A DNA stretch of 64,000 nt from Eledone cirrhosa (GCA_964016885.1 OZ024741.1:46190001-46254000); one strand, 5' to 3'. Positions 41,960 through 56,689 are shown, counted from the first letter of the stretch. The notes: a model not told the origin generated them from the letters alone. Numbers and translations are program-made.

Positions 41960-44900
41960 TCGAAATATAATACGTGAATGTAATAGGTAAAATCCATGGG
42001 GCTGAAAATCGAGACCCGAGGGCGACCGCTATTCTGTTCCTTCAACCTCAGCCGGTCGCCCTGGAGTGACGTGGCTAAATTTTATAGTATGCTACTACCG
42101 GTCAGATGAACGAAGCATAGGTTATCAGATGGGAGCATAGGTTAACGTCGATCCCATGACACAAGGTAAAAGAAAGAAAGGGAGGAGAAGAAGGGGGAAG
42201 AAAGAAGAAGAGAAGTCAGGGTTAATGTCAGCTAAAAGAGGAAGGTAACTACTACTGGTCAGATATAGGCAAGCAAGAGGGGGAAGGAAGATAAGTCTGC
42301 GGGAGTAGGAGAGGAGAGAAGGAAGGGAAGAGAGAAGTAGAAAAGTAAGGGTTGATGGCTACAAGAAGGAAGATAGAAAGGAAGAGGAAGAAAGGTCGAT
42401 ATTAATGTCAGACCACAGTCACGCCGGGAGTGGCGCGAGAAAATTTTCACAGGGAATTGACCATACGGAATAGACCAGCTCTATACAGTGGTGAACCTCA
42501 AACCTGAATAAATAACGCTCCTGAAATGTTGAGCACTTCAAAATGTAATAATCAACAGCGGCATGGGACTGAATATATCTAACCACAATTCGAACTTTGG
42601 CTACCCGGTGCTTTCGCCTGGCCCTTTGCTACTCCCCTCACAGAATATCCGAACTTCGACGAAACTCCACGGACTGGACCATAACATGTATTGTACTGCA
42701 CTGAATTAACTAAATGGCTACCCTATACTTCTGGGCATGTATAACTCACACTGAACTCCCAGACTCGAACACGCACTGTTTCCACATCTATATGCATGAA
42801 CTATATTGTATTTCTCCTGTGTCTTGAACTCTCCATTTAATAGACAACGACTCTTGTTTGTTTATTTATATCTTTACATCTTTATTTGCTGTATTAATGC
42901 TCCTCCACGTATTCTACCTCTATACATCCATGTACTTTCTACTTCCCTTATTCGGACTTTTACTCGCGTGTACCCTCAGCACACGTCACTGGAATATTTC
43001 CCCCTGGGAACATAAATACCGCAACCTGAACTATATTGTATTTCTCCTGTCTCTTGAACTCTACATTTACTAGACAACGACTATTGTTTGTTTATCTATA
43101 TCTTCACATCTTTGTTTGCTGTATTAATGTCCTGATTTCTCTATCTTACTCCAGCACCACTCTTGTTGGTTTATTTACATGTTTATACCTATATATTGAT
43201 ATGTTTATATATTTATACCTCTGCTGTACCAATGTGCTCTTCCACGTATTCCACTTCTATGTATCCATGTATTTCTACCCCTCACATTGGGACCTGTACC
43301 CATTAGCTCTTCCACGTATTCCACTTCTATGTATCCATGTATTTCTACTCCTCACATTGGGACCTGTACCCATTAGCACACGACACTAGAATGTCTCCTC
43401 CTGAGAACAAAAATTAAACATTACACGACTATATCCCGTACTCTACATCCCACTAGGATAAATTACAGATCTACATAATACAATTAACGTTCCTTCATAA
43501 AAGACTATTTAATTAAACCCCGCAACCCAAAACCTCATAGAAGTTATTTGAATGTCTAATCTTCAATTTTCTGTTTGTTCAACTCTCAATCCTCTTACTC
43601 CTTAGTTTCATAATGTTATTCTGAATTCTTTCAACTTCATCCGATAGAGTTAAGCAAAATTCTAAAGTTCCAACTTTCTGTGGGACCGTTGGGTGGGTTT
43701 TAGCGGCGGCGCGACCAGCTCCCTGGCGAACGGGCTCACCTGGAGTGCTTGGAAAAATAAATTCCCCTTCTTTCGGTAAATGAAAATACTCGGCGTGGCT
43801 TAATTAGCCATGGGGCCTGGGGCGCGGCCGGTGTTTTAACCGCCAAATAGTACCTTTAAATTACAGAACAAATCGGAACTATTATATATATCAACCTGAA
43901 ACTGTTGAGCTTTAAATTTTCTAACCTCTTTAATATGGAATATTGATTATTAATTTATTAATTTTTTAACTTCATCCTATAAGTCTAAACATTGTAACAC
44001 ACTGACCCCCAATATATTCACCTCTGCTAAGATGCGAGTCCCTGTGAAAATTTTGTCGCGCCACTCCTGGCCCGACCGTGGTGTGACATTAATATCGACC
44101 TTCCTTCCTCTCTCTTTCTATCTTCCTTCTTGTAGCTATCAACCATTACTCTTTTACTTCTCTAAGCTAAATTTTAAAGTTCCAACTTTCTGTCGGACTG
44201 TGGGGTGGGTTTTAATGGCGGCGCGACCAGCTCCCTGGCGAACCAGCTCACCTGGAGTGCTTGGAAAAATAAATTTCCCCTTCTTTCAGTAAATGAAAAT
44301 ACTCGGCGTGGCTTAATTCGCCATGGGGCCCGGCCGTTGTTTTAACCGCCAAATAGTACCTTTAAATTACAGAACAAATCGGAACTATTATATAATTAAT
44401 TGTTAAACTGTTGAACTTTAAATTTTCTAACCTCTTTAATATTGAACATCGATTATTAATTTTTTTAGCTTCATCCTAGAAGTCTAAACACTGTAAAACA
44501 CTGACTCCCAATATATTCATCTCCGCTAAGATGCGGGTCCCTGTGAAAATTTTCTCGCGCCACTCCCGGCGTGACTGTGGTCTGACATTAATATCGACCT
44601 TTCTTCCTCTTCCTTTCTATCTTCCTTCTTGTAGCCATCAACCCTTACTTTTCTACTTCTCTCTTCCCTTCCTTCTCTCCTCTCCTACTCCCGCAGACTT
44701 ATCTTCCTTCCCCCTCTTGCTTGCCTATATCTGACCAGTAGTAGTTACCTTCCTCTTTTAGCTGACATTAACCCTGACTTCTCTTCTTCTTTCTTCCCCC
44801 TTCTTCTCCTCCCTTTCTTTCTTTCTTTTACCTTGTGTCATGGGATCGACGTTAACCTATGCTCCCATCTCTTTCTGTTTTCGTTCATCTGACCGGTAGT

Positions 44901-45034
44901 AGCATACTATAAAATTTAGCCACGTCACTCCAGGGCGACCGGCTGAGGTTGAAGGAACAGAATAGCGGTCGCCCTCGGGTCTCGATTTTCAGCCCCATGG
45001 ATTTTACCTATTACATTCACGTATTATATTTCGA

Positions 45035-45092
45035 ATACCTGATGATATCACCGGATTCATACGGAACCCGGTCATTGAAATGATCATAGTAT
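45035..45092 (+). ncRNA. Type I hammerhead ribozyme
   Basis: atac-CTGATGA-tatcaccgg..ccggtcatt-GAAA-TGATCA-TA-gtat. Confidence 0.82.
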
Positions 45093-45290
45093 AATAAACC
45101 TTTCAAGGATTTACACAAATCCAGCCTCCTGTCATTTCATTATAATATTTAACTCCGTAATAGCACCACCAACTACAAAAACGAAGACGGTTGAACTGCT
45201 TTACGTTGAGTACTCTCTATATTATTGCATTACGATTGACCATACGGAATAGACCAGCTCTATACAGTGGTGAACCTCAAACCTGAATAA

Positions 45291-45331
<41 letters not shown>

Positions 45332-45334
45332 TTG

Positions 45335-45970
45335 TACATTACTGGTACTTTATTTTATCGACCCTGTAAGGATTAAAGGCAAAGTTAATCTCGACGGGAT
45401 TTGAAATCAGACCGTAAAGGAACGTAACCATGCTAGAAAGCATGGCGTCCAACCCTCTGCCGATACTGCTAATTCACCGTCCTTATTTATAATAATATTT
45501 ATAATAATTTGTAATAATGGTTTCCTATATAGGCACAAGGTCAGCAACCCCGGGGGGAGGATGAAAGGCAATGCTGCAATGCATGGCGTCCGACCCTCTA
45601 CCGATACTGCCAATCCACCGCCCTATAATAATTTATAATAATGATGTATATTCTAAGCACAAGACCTGAAATTTCGTACGGAGGACAACATCAACTATAT
45701 GGACCCAGCACTTGAACAGTACTTTATTTTATCGACACCAAAAGAATGAAAGGAGAACGTAAAGAGCCAAAACAAACATCGAAATGTATTTTATCAACAC
45801 CCTAATGAATCTTCAAATCCACTCCCCTGCGTTAATTATGATAATGGTTTCTGATTTAGGCACAAGGCCAAAAGTTTTGCGGGAGGGGAAAGTCGATTAA
45901 ATTAACCCCAGTGCATTACTGGTACTTTATTTTATCGATCTCGAAAGGATGAGAGACAAAGTTGACCTAA
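45335..45970 (-). mobile_element. Cluster of SINE copies (same family as 35840)
   Basis: Repeated actggtactttattttatcga and aggcacaagg motifs. Confidence 0.7.
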
Positions 45971-46463
45971 TTGAAAAAATGCATGAATTTATAGGAATGG
46001 GGGGGGGGGGTAATTGAATACGTCGACTCCAGTGCTCCAATTGCTCTTTTTTTTTGTTAACCCCCCCAAGTATGTACTGCAAATGTATTTGAACTCCTAA
46101 CGAAATGTGTTCAAGAAATTTGTTCAGGGTTTCTCACGATTCTGTTACTTGAATCCAGGAAAATAAGTTAGAGAAAAAATCACATTTAATATAAATACCA
46201 TAGAAAAGAGTTTACCATAGAAAAGATTTAACCATTTGAAAAATTGGAAACATATCTATAAACATAAGAAAACAAATATTGGAAACACTTAAATTCTGGT
46301 TTAGATTTTTTTCTCCTTCACAAAAGTGAACATTTTTTTCTGTGATTTTTCCAGTGATTTTATTTCCAATTATCCGCCAACCTATCCAGCATTACCATTT
46401 ACCGTGTTATGTAGGATGGGGATATGAGCAGAATAACAGACATTTTAGAATGACGAATGAATG

Positions 46464-46629
46464 TCACGCATTGTGGTCAAAATTCATGATGATGTTTGTA
46501 TGTGGATCTTTGCATTCGAGTTCAAATCCTGTTGAGTTCAATGTTTCTAGTTTTGTTATCATTCCACAGTTGATAACAAAGGACCAGTCAAGAATAAGAG
46601 CCAGTTTAATGTGTGGACCTTTGCCAAGC
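46464..46629 (-). CDS. Candidate host exon
   Basis: Acceptor ttgttattgatttctag, open frame LGKGPHIKLALILDWSFVINCG...MNFDHNA. Donor uncertain. Confidence 0.3.
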
Positions 46630-47000
46630 CTAGAAATCAATAACAAATATCAACAAGCTAAAATGAACAAGCAATAAATATTAGTAAACATGGCAAAGAT
46701 GAAGAGGAATGATAAAACATTAAGACATGAATGGATCTCCGTTGGTTTCCTATTGTTCGATCAAAGGAACTGCCTCCTTGTAAAATCATTGTGTAAGCAG
46801 CTGAGCATTCTACAAACGCGTGCACCGTTAACTTAACTCTCAGGGAGATGCAATGTGAGACCTTTGAACTACAGGTACAATCAGACCTGTCAACTCTCAC
46901 CGTCCACGAGGAGATATCCCACCCATTTTCGCGTGGGTGAGAGATGTTTTCTATTGTGAAAATGAGTATATCTTTCATTATGTAAAGTTTCCCCATTTTG

Positions 47001-47126
47001 CCTCATTTCTCCCCGTTTTGGGGCACTTTTTTTCTTGGTACTCCTCGTTTGGGTTTTCAGAGATTGGCAGGTCTAGATACAATCCATCCAACAGTCTTCC
47101 AAATAATTTCCGTCTACTCAAATTCA
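47001..47126 (-). CDS. Candidate host exon
   Basis: Acceptor acattttcag, open frame NLSRRKLFGRLLDGLYLDLPISENPNEEYQEKKCPKTGRNE. No canonical GT donor seen. Confidence 0.3.
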
Positions 47127-47574
47127 CTGAAAATGTTTGATCAGAGGTTATGGTAGATGACATTTACCCAAGTTTCCACGCAATGTGATGGAACTCAAAA
47201 CTTTATGATTGCCATGTGAATTTCTTAGCTATTCGGCTATGTTACGTCCCTTGTGAAGACGTACCAACAAAATCGATAACTCTAAATTAAACCTATCCTA
47301 TTCTACTCAAACCAACTCTTCGATTAATGAAAATTTCTCATTTCTGTAATCAACTTCTGTATATCCTTTCATCATTCAGAGTTTCTTTTATTCATCAATA
47401 TATAATTCTAATTTTATTTTGAACTTAGAATTAGAAATATAGAAACTACTCATAATTTTAATCGAAGTACATTTGGAACTGAATGTGACGGTCATATACG
47501 TCCCACACTAAATGCAACAGATTCTCTCGTTCAGGACCGATGGTTGACTAAAAGAAAGGTTAATTTAATATTGG

Positions 47575-49270
47575 TTTCTGATTTAGGCACAAGGCCAGCA
47601 ATTTTTTTTACGGGAGGGGGGTCGATTAAATGGACCCCAGTGGATTACTGGTACTTTATTTTCTTTATTTTATCAACCCAGTAAATATGAAAGGTAAAGC
47701 TAACCTCGGCGACATTTGAACGCAGATTGTAAAGGGGCGTAACTTTATGTCATAAAGCATGGCAATTTTAATAGTAACTGTTTTGGCGTGGTCAAATATA
47801 AGATTTCTTCTTTTGGAAGGGAGATAATAGAGCAATTTATTTTGTTCTTTCTTCGTATAGTTTTTATTTTCTCTATTCTCCTTTCTTTCTCATTCGTTTT
47901 CTCTCAACCTAAAACAAAAGACTTTCATCTGAAAACTGACTTTAGTAATCCGTTATTCTGTGACGATGACACAAAAATAACGCAGAAACGATCTCCTCTA
48001 CTGGCATGAACGAAACGAATTGGACTTTATCAAATTTTATTATAATGTATTTGTTTAGGGCGGTGGATGGCAGTATCAGTAAGGGTCAAACGCCATCCCT
48101 TGCAGCACAGAATTACGGCCCTTTATGATCTGAGTCCAAGTCCCGCCGATAAAATAAAGTACCAGTCACGCACTGGGGTCGATTTAATCGACTTTCCCCT
48201 CCCCCAAAATTGCTGGCCTTGTACCTATATAAGAAACCATTATAATATATTTGTTTCTCATGAACATGACTCTACAATTTACTAATAAGAAAAAAGAAAA
48301 GAAAACGAAATAAATTACTCGGAGGACTATTTTGTAGAAACGAATTCATGAAATAATAATGGCCGAAACCCTCGCTTGAGGGTGGTTTATTCTCTGAAGA
48401 CCTTCAACTGTCCAGCTCTCCTCAGAGGTTCTTATCACTGAAGAAACGCATTCATAACGTAAATTAAATAAACTTCTTATGCCTGTCGAAATTCAACCGT
48501 AATTCTCAATCTCAGTTCAAGAGATGTTTCTGTTTTGCTCTAAAGCTTTCACCATTATATATTTTTATATATTGAAAGCAATCCTGAGAAAAGCAAGATA
48601 AAGCTTTTATCCAACTAATCTACTCCATTTACATTATTACAATAGATTCGTCATTCAACAACAGCAACTAATTTGCATTCTATTTATTCTAATACCCATT
48701 AATTAATTCGTATAACATCAATCACTTTATTCAATTCATTTACAAATGCAACTGCAATCGTACATATCACATTCATCTTAATGGAAGTTTAATCTAAATT
48801 CCGGATTTAGCAAGATCTTGTTCTCTTTCATGTTAATGTTGTTTTAATGCTTTCTTTCGATTTTTTTTCTTGCTGCTGTTTAACATTAAAGAGCATTTTC
48901 AGATTTGATTGGGATTTACAATTTCAATTGTGTATTTTCCATGTATCTCTTCAATTATTTTAAATATTTTTTTTTTCATTTGAGTTCCATTACTATTATC
49001 CTTATTGTTGAGGTTGTTGTTGTTGTTGTTATTACTATTATTATTGTTACTATTATTATTATTACTATTATTATTAAAGAGTGGTGAATTGGCAGTATCG
49101 GTAGAGGGTCAGACGCAATGCTTTCTAGTATAGTTATGTCCCTTTATGATCTGAGTTCAAATCCCGCCGAGGTTAACTTTGCCTTTCATCCTTACGGGGT
49201 CGATAAAATAAAGTACCAGTAATGTACCGGGTAATTGCTGGCCTTGTGCCAAAAATAGAAACAATTATTA
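47575..49270. mobile_element. Three dispersed SINE copies: 47575-47760 (-), 48060-48240 (+), 49080-49270 (+)
   Basis: Same core and B box (gagttcaaatccc at about 49153) as the 35840 family. Confidence 0.7.
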
Positions 49271-49722
49271 CTATTATTGGCTTCTTACGCGAAACAGTAG
49301 GATGTTTCATTAAGTGCCTTATGATATTTAGTATTTTTCTTTCACTAACTACCAGGTTCATATTCAATTGGCGCCGAATTTCATATTAATTCTACCCATA
49401 TTAGGGGCTAAAACCATAGGTCCCAGTGAGACGACTCTTTTGTTTTATAAACACAGGCAATGTCTTTCCCTTTAGTTTTTCATTGTTATTGCATTGAATA
49501 GAAAGGATTTCAGAAAATATTGTAGAGGGATTTACCTAATTATTCGGTCTCCCTCCTTTCTGTTTGAAAGTCACAATAGTAGAACGGCAAATAGCGAAAC
49601 TTTCAATAGAAATAGTATTATATTTGCACGCAATTATACACACATATATTAATGCATGTATATGTATGTGTAAATGTCTGTATATAGAGAGACTGAGAGG
49701 GAAAAAGAAATAGACAGCTGCA

Positions 49723-49765
<43 letters not shown>

Positions 49766-49774
<9 letters not shown>

Positions 49775-50461
49775 TTAGAGATTAAACTCATAGTCGTTTA
49801 CAATTAATCAGCTCAAAGAAAGAGGCATTTCTGAGCAGTGAAATACAAGTTATATATTAATATATATGTGTTTATCATATATATATTAATATATAACTTG
49901 TATTTCACTGCTCAGAAATGCCTCTTTCTTTGAGCTGATTAATTGTAAACGACTATGAGTTTAATCTCTAAATATAATATAGTATATTGCTCCTTAACTG
50001 TAGAGCTGATCTTTAATACCGTATAAACGGCTGTTATTTCTAGCACCGGGAATACGGGATGGCTAGTATAGCTGGCTACACCACGTGTAATCAGACCTGC
50101 AAAATTTTTGAAGGTGAAATGTACTAATTTTACTGGATTCCTGTTGATAAGCACAGAAGATTTGGATATTTCACTTTTTATTTCAATTCCATTTCGATTC
50201 TCTTTATTTTTCAATTCATGTACCATCGTTGCGAAACATATTTGGGTTTCGAAGTTCAAATTCGTCTACGGAGCGGGTTTGGATTTTGAAATTTAAATTT
50301 GTCCAGGAATCACGGCTTTTGCCAATATAAGCTTGTCTTTATTGACTTATATCGAGACAGACAAATTGTATTCACTTTAATTAGTTTATTTCATGCTAGC
50401 TAACTTTGTCTCTTACAATACAAACACGTTTTGTGTTTATCATATATATTAATATATAACT

Positions 50462-50463
<2 letters not shown>
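49766..50463 (+). mobile_element. TA-inserted ~565-bp partial-tandem unit with an inverted arm; no hammerhead recognised
   Basis: Palindrome 49766-49980. 49867-49900 recurs at 50432-50463. Homologous to about 53780-54100 and about 3970-4050. Confidence 0.65.
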
Positions 50464-50540
<77 letters not shown>

Positions 50541-50546
<6 letters not shown>

Positions 50547-51109
50547 ATACTTTGGGAGGGTCATGTTGCCAATAAGAAACACACGCACCAGTTGCTTTCA
50601 CTTCAATTTAATTTATTCTATATTTATAAATTTACAAATTTATAAATTTCTGGTTGGTTGGTTGGTTCCACAACCAGATAGTTGTTTATATATATATAGT
50701 CATAGTTCTTTCGTCACACACTCTGTGACCTCTTCAGTGACTGGGGATTTCTTTCTTCGTTTCTGTGCCTTTCCTTTCTTCTATCCTACGCCATTTTGTT
50801 TGGCGTAGGATAGAAGAAAGGAAAGGCACAGAAACGAAGAAAGAAATCCCCAGTCACTGAAGAGGTCACAGAGTGTGTGACGAAAGAACTATGACTATAT
50901 ATATATAAACAACTATCTGGTTGTGGAACCAACCAACCAACCAGAAATTTATAAATTTGTAAATTTATAAATATAGAATAAATTAAATTGAAGTGAAAGC
51001 AACTGGTGCGTGTGTTTCTTATTGGCAACATGACCCTCCCAAAGTATAACAATATCGGTTTCAACACACGATTTCAGATAAAGAATTTTGCTAAACAAAT
51101 TCAGAAACG

Positions 51110-51111
<2 letters not shown>
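50541..51111 (+). mobile_element. Fold-back pLTR insert of the 30120 PLE family
   Basis: Arms 50541-50793 and 50801-51054 look identical, 7-nt loop, tail 51055-51111, (TA)n on both sides. Confidence 0.9.
50852..50896 (+). ncRNA. Minimal hammerhead ribozyme (mirror copy at 50698-50742, minus strand)
   Basis: agtca-CTGAAGA-g-gtcaca..tgtgac-GAAA-gaac-TA-tgact. Confidence 0.78.
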
Positions 51112-51147
<36 letters not shown>

Positions 51148-52199
51148 GGATTAACAGATAATAGTTAAATGCAGTCCACTTAGGTGAAGTCCAGTTATGG
51201 TATTCCAGGTAGTGGATGATATTAACGCTTTGCTTGGTTTGACTCAACAAGGCGTTTTCATAGTGATGCTGCAGGTATGCTGTAATTTCTATGTTGTAAA
51301 CACTTGGAGTAATAATAAATCAGGAAAGAAGATTTACATGGTTTGCTATACAAAAAAGTTTTTAATCACATAGCTTACATTTGTTTCACTGAACTGGTAT
51401 GTCTAGAGATCGCTATCCGCTTAATTTTGCGTTACTCGATCGCCAATACAGAATTATAACCAGTCAGATCTTCGGAGCATGCGAGAATGAAGAAAATACA
51501 CAGGCAAGAAAAGAAAAGAAAATAGAGGCTACTATCTTAAGTAGTAATGGCATTCAATTCGAACAATAACAACAATTACAACAATGCTATCAATAAATTA
51601 TTTAAGGAGACCCTGACATTACTTAGGTGGGGGGTATATAATGTATCTAATGTTACGGCGTGAAAACTAGCTGTCATAAGGCAAAATGAAGCGTTGACAT
51701 GTACAGAGTATCGTAGTGTATATCAATTTTAAATTATAAAGATAAGCTAGTTTTTACAGTCTTTCTCTTCATCTTCAACAGTATACATGAGTGGGACCAC
51801 TGTCAAAGCTAAATAGTTGTAGAGTTAATACAGAGGTTAACGAATTAATATACGAATTAATATACGCATATATTTACGCACACACACACACACACATACA
51901 CATACACACACACACATATATATATAAATATATATACACATATATACACATGCATGTGTACATAGACACATACATACACATCAATATACACTTGTACAAA
52001 AATATACATACATGCAAAGAGAAAAGCGTGCTAATTGTAATTAAGGCAAAAAGAAGGTAAAGTAACATTGTAGTAGTGAAATGAGAAAAACTAGGATTTA
52101 GGATCATAGTAAAAGCAGACAAAACATCAAACGTATACTCTATGGACATTAACACACACATACACACACATATACATATATATATATTATATTATATTG

Positions 52200-52320
52200 T
52201 GGAGACGCGTGGCTGAGTGGTTAGAGAACTGGATTCACAATCGTGAGGTTGTGAGTTCGATTCCCGAACCGGGCGATGCGTTATGTCCTTGAGCAAGACA
52301 GTTTATTTCACGTTGCTTCT
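52200..52320 (+). mobile_element. tRNA-derived SINE 5' part
   Basis: A box tggctgagtgg, B box gagttcgattccc, then ccttgagcaagaca. Confidence 0.8.
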
Positions 52321-52535
52321 TCTACATGGAGTTGCGACCGATAGATAGTATTAGCAATTGGAAAGACCAATGGAAAAATTGTTTCCTCGGTCCGATTTGA
52401 CCAAAGTCGATCGACTGTCGATGTGTGTGTGTGTGTATTGGCAAGAAGTCGATCGACTGTCGATGTGTGTGTGTGTGTGAGTGTGTGTGTGTGTGTGTGT
52501 ATTGACAAGAAGCCAATAGTAATAAATATATGTAT

Positions 52536-53012
52536 ATAATATTAATTCAAAATATTAACAAAATAGATATTCTTGTGATCAATTATATTTTATTATATAT
52601 ATTTCAGAGGTACTGAGTTAAGTTCAACAGTACGTCCTCATCAGATAAAATAAATGATACATGACATACCCTGACATAGTAGATGGTTAAGATTTAGTCA
52701 TGGTAGTGATTATGGTAGGGTATAAATATTGAGTTTTGTCATAAGTTAATCACTACCATGACTAAATCTTAACTATCTACTATGTAAGGGTATGTCATGT
52801 ATCATTTATGTTATCTGATGACGACGTACTGTTGAACTTAACTCAGTACCTCTGAAATATGTATAATAAAATATAATTGATCACAAGAATATCTATTTTG
52901 TTAATATTTTGAATTAATATTAATAACGGTGGGAAACCTTTGCAGTTGAGTGCTTTCAATTTATTGTAAAACTCATTCTTTGATGTATTCAATAAACCTT
53001 GTTTAACTTTTA
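52536..53012 (+). mobile_element. Fold-back hammerhead insert with tail
   Basis: Arms about 52536-52712 and 52748-52923, tail to about 53012. Confidence 0.85.
52811..52869 (+). ncRNA. Type I hammerhead ribozyme (mirror copy at 52588-52650, minus strand)
   Basis: ttat-CTGATGA-..gtactg..cagtac..-GAAA-TATGTA (TATATA in the mirror copy)-TA-ataa. Confidence 0.8.
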
Positions 53013-53019
53013 AATATAC

Positions 53020-53132
<113 letters not shown>

Positions 53133-53254
53133 TGTGTGTATGTGTGTGTGTGTGCGCGTGTGTGTGCGTGTGTGCGTGTGTGTGTGCGTGTGTGTGTGCG
53201 TGCGTGTGTGTGTGCGTGTGTGCGTGTGTGCGTGTGTGTGTATATATATAGAGA

Positions 53255-53592
53255 GAGAATAGAAAACGAAAGATCAGTGATGCATCTGAACTCTATTGTG
53301 TTACAATTGTTTCCTCGGCGGACAGCTCGAGACACGATCATTGTGTGGATCTGTCTGATTCTGGACCCGCTGGTTCGGCGGATACGTCTAATGGATTTGG
53401 AGCATATTCTCTCACAATGATCGCGTCTCGAGCTGTCCGCCGGGGAAACAATTGTAACACACAATAAATTAAGTTCAGATGTATCACTTATTTTTCGTTT
53501 TCTATTCTATCATACTCTGCTCTGTAAGAGCATAGAGTGGTCAACCGGCATACCGCCTATGGAAGCATCTTAGCTACCATCAGACACACACA
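53255..53592 (+). mobile_element. Fold-back insert with degenerate hammerhead and tail
   Basis: Arms about 53257-53345 and 53413-53508. GAAA-CAATTG-TA-aca. Tail atcatactctgctct.. is shared with 62228-62280, and 53533-53592 is duplicated at 53706-53763. Confidence 0.7.
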
Positions 53593-53679
53593 CATATATA
53601 TATATTGTTATACTTGGGGAGGGTCATATTTGTGTAATATTGCCAGAATTAATAACAGAATTAACTAAATCATCGTCGT

Positions 53680-53710
<31 letters not shown>

Positions 53711-54373
53711 TGGTCAACCGGCATACCGCCTATGGAAGCATCTTAGCTACCATCAGACACACACTCATGATATTCCTACACTTATTTAACTCGAAACATA
53801 TTTGGATCTTAAAGTCTAAACTTATCTACGGAACAGGTTTGATTTTGAAATTTAAATGTGTCTAAACATCACGGCCTTTTGGCAATACAGTTCGTCTCCG
53901 TTGATTTATTATTTTAAATCGATATGGACAAACTCTAGTATAATAATTAGTATACTTCAATCTGGCTAAATTTTTCTTTTGCAACATATATACAGATGTG
54001 TTGGTATCTGTGTTTCATCACATACATATTAATTTATACACTGCTCAGGGGATATTTTTCCTCATTCGAGCTGATTCCATTGTAAAAGAATCCATTACCT
54101 TATTAATTATATATATATATATATATATATGTTATTCCAAATTGAAGGATAAGTGTTTCAAACTTTATTTTATCATGAGTTAAAGGTCTATAGATTTTTC
54201 CCTGGATTTTACTAAATTCTGTGGATGAATTTATATCCTGATTCTCTTTTGAGATGAGTTTGAGTTATTTTTCCTAAATCTTTCGTTAACTACTTTTCCC
54301 ATCTTGACGTTATAGTCGCATATATGTTATAGAATGCCGTTAGCTTCTTGCTAAAACAATCTCTATACCTCTC

Positions 54374-54409
<36 letters not shown>

Positions 54410-54414
<5 letters not shown>

Positions 54415-55235
54415 TAAAATAAATCAAAGAACGCCTACATACTTATACAATTTTTATTCGCTAACAATGTTTCATCCATACCGAGGGGCAGGAATTCTCA
54501 GAGTGTAATCAATAAAAATATAGTGCTGAATATAAGCTCTACCAAGCTTAGTCACCAGAACAGTAGAGAAACAGTACAGGATAGCATGAGTGACATTGGA
54601 TATGAGAAGGATGGAGAGAATGCGTACTGGGTTTATTAGTCATGTTTTTGTAATTTTTAAATGTTTTAATTCCTTTAAAATTTTTTTAAATTTTTTTTTA
54701 TTATTTTTAATTACTTCCAATTATTTTTTATTATTTTTTATTATTTTTAATTATTATTTTTAAATTATTTTTCTTAAAATCCTTTTTTTATATATATTTT
54801 TTTTATTATCTTTAAGTGCTTAAGATTGCTTTTGTTTGCTTTCACATGCCTCAGTCTCCTGTGGGAAAATCTGCCTGTGTTATTGTATTATCATGGTTTG
54901 TTATAAGGTTGACTAATAAACCCAGTACGCATTCTCTCCATCCTTCTCATATCCAATGTCCCTCATGCTATACTGTACTCTTTTGCTACTGCTCTGGTGA
55001 CTAAGCTTGGTAGAGCTTATATTCAGCACTATATTTTTATTGATTACGCTCTGAGGAATCCTTCCCCACGGTATGAATGAAACATTGTTAGCGAATAAAA
55101 ATTGTATAAGTATGTAGGCGTTCTTTGATTTATTTTATCTATAACGGCTCTGTTTCGTACATTGAGCTAATACGATACTGTCACAAATATGACACTGTGC
55201 TGATGTGCTTATGTACATATGATCCGTTGTCTACG

Positions 55236-55238
<3 letters not shown>
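54410..55238 (+). mobile_element. Fold-back hammerhead insert with spacer and tail
   Basis: Arms 54410-54642 and 54910-55142, tail to about 55238, (TA)n on both sides. Confidence 0.85.
55047..55093 (+). ncRNA. Type I hammerhead motif (mirror copy at about 54458-54505, minus strand)
   Basis: cgct-CTGAGGA-atcc..tgaat-GAAA-cattg-TT-agcg. Confidence 0.7.
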
Positions 55239-56016
<778 letters not shown>

Positions 56017-56035
56017 TATATATATATATATATAT

Positions 56036-56373
56036 ATTGGGAGGGTCCTGTTTGGTTTGGGTGGTTTTTGGTTCAGTATATTTTATATTTCGGCTGGTAA
56101 TCATTGTTTATCATTGTTAAAAATATAGATATAAAAATCATTAGTATTTAGGGTTGTTTTTATAACTATATTTCTAACTGTTAGTCAATCAATTATAAAC
56201 AATGATTACCAGCTGAATTAATAATAGAAATATAAAATATACTAAAGTGAAAACCAACCCAAACCAAACGGTGAGTCTGTTTTGTTATATATTTCTGGCA
56301 ATATTATAACAATATGACCCTCCCTTTAACAATAGTTGTTTCAACACACGATTACATATAAAAAATCTTGCAA

Positions 56374-56377
<4 letters not shown>
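56036..56377 (+). mobile_element. Fold-back pLTR 3'-end insert related to the Nematis-like families
   Basis: Inverted similarity between about 56040-56110 and 56196-56325. Shared terminus atgaccctccc..aacaata..cacacga..aatcttgc. Confidence 0.65.
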
Positions 56378-56432
<55 letters not shown>

Positions 56433-56535
56433 AAATATTTCGTATCTCCAAAGAAATACACTCTTAGGAAGCCGTAGCTATGCAAAAACCGGGGTCTAAT
56501 GCCCTCTGGTGATGTCCAGCAGAAGCAAGGGGGAC

Positions 56536-56581
56536 AACGGTCTATGCATTTCAGGCTTAACTGGCCTTCGTCAGGACGGTC
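56536..56581 (-). ncRNA. Type I hammerhead ribozyme
   Basis: gaccgtc-CTGACGA-aggc..gcct-GAAA-TGCA-TA-gaccgtt. Confidence 0.8.
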
Positions 56582-56689
56582 CCTCCCACCGCTTGCGACT
56601 GCTGGACTGGAAGACAGCTGAGAATATATACTTTTCCCGTCTGTGTAAATGAAGTGATTAATCTCATTTCGTGTTGTTGTCTGGCATGT

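Larger units (their letters stand above)
41848..45293 (+). mobile_element. Non-autonomous PLE: inverted pLTR, partial direct pLTR, ~2-kb non-coding body, full pLTR; in (TA)n
   Basis: 41848-42455 is the reverse complement of 44538-45146. 42456-42514 matches 45235-45293. Internal duplications include about 43650-44040 vs 44165-44540. Confidence 0.85.

Noticed and set aside
52200-52275. tRNA gene
   Set aside because: A and B boxes are present but run into a SINE body; no convincing cloverleaf or terminator.
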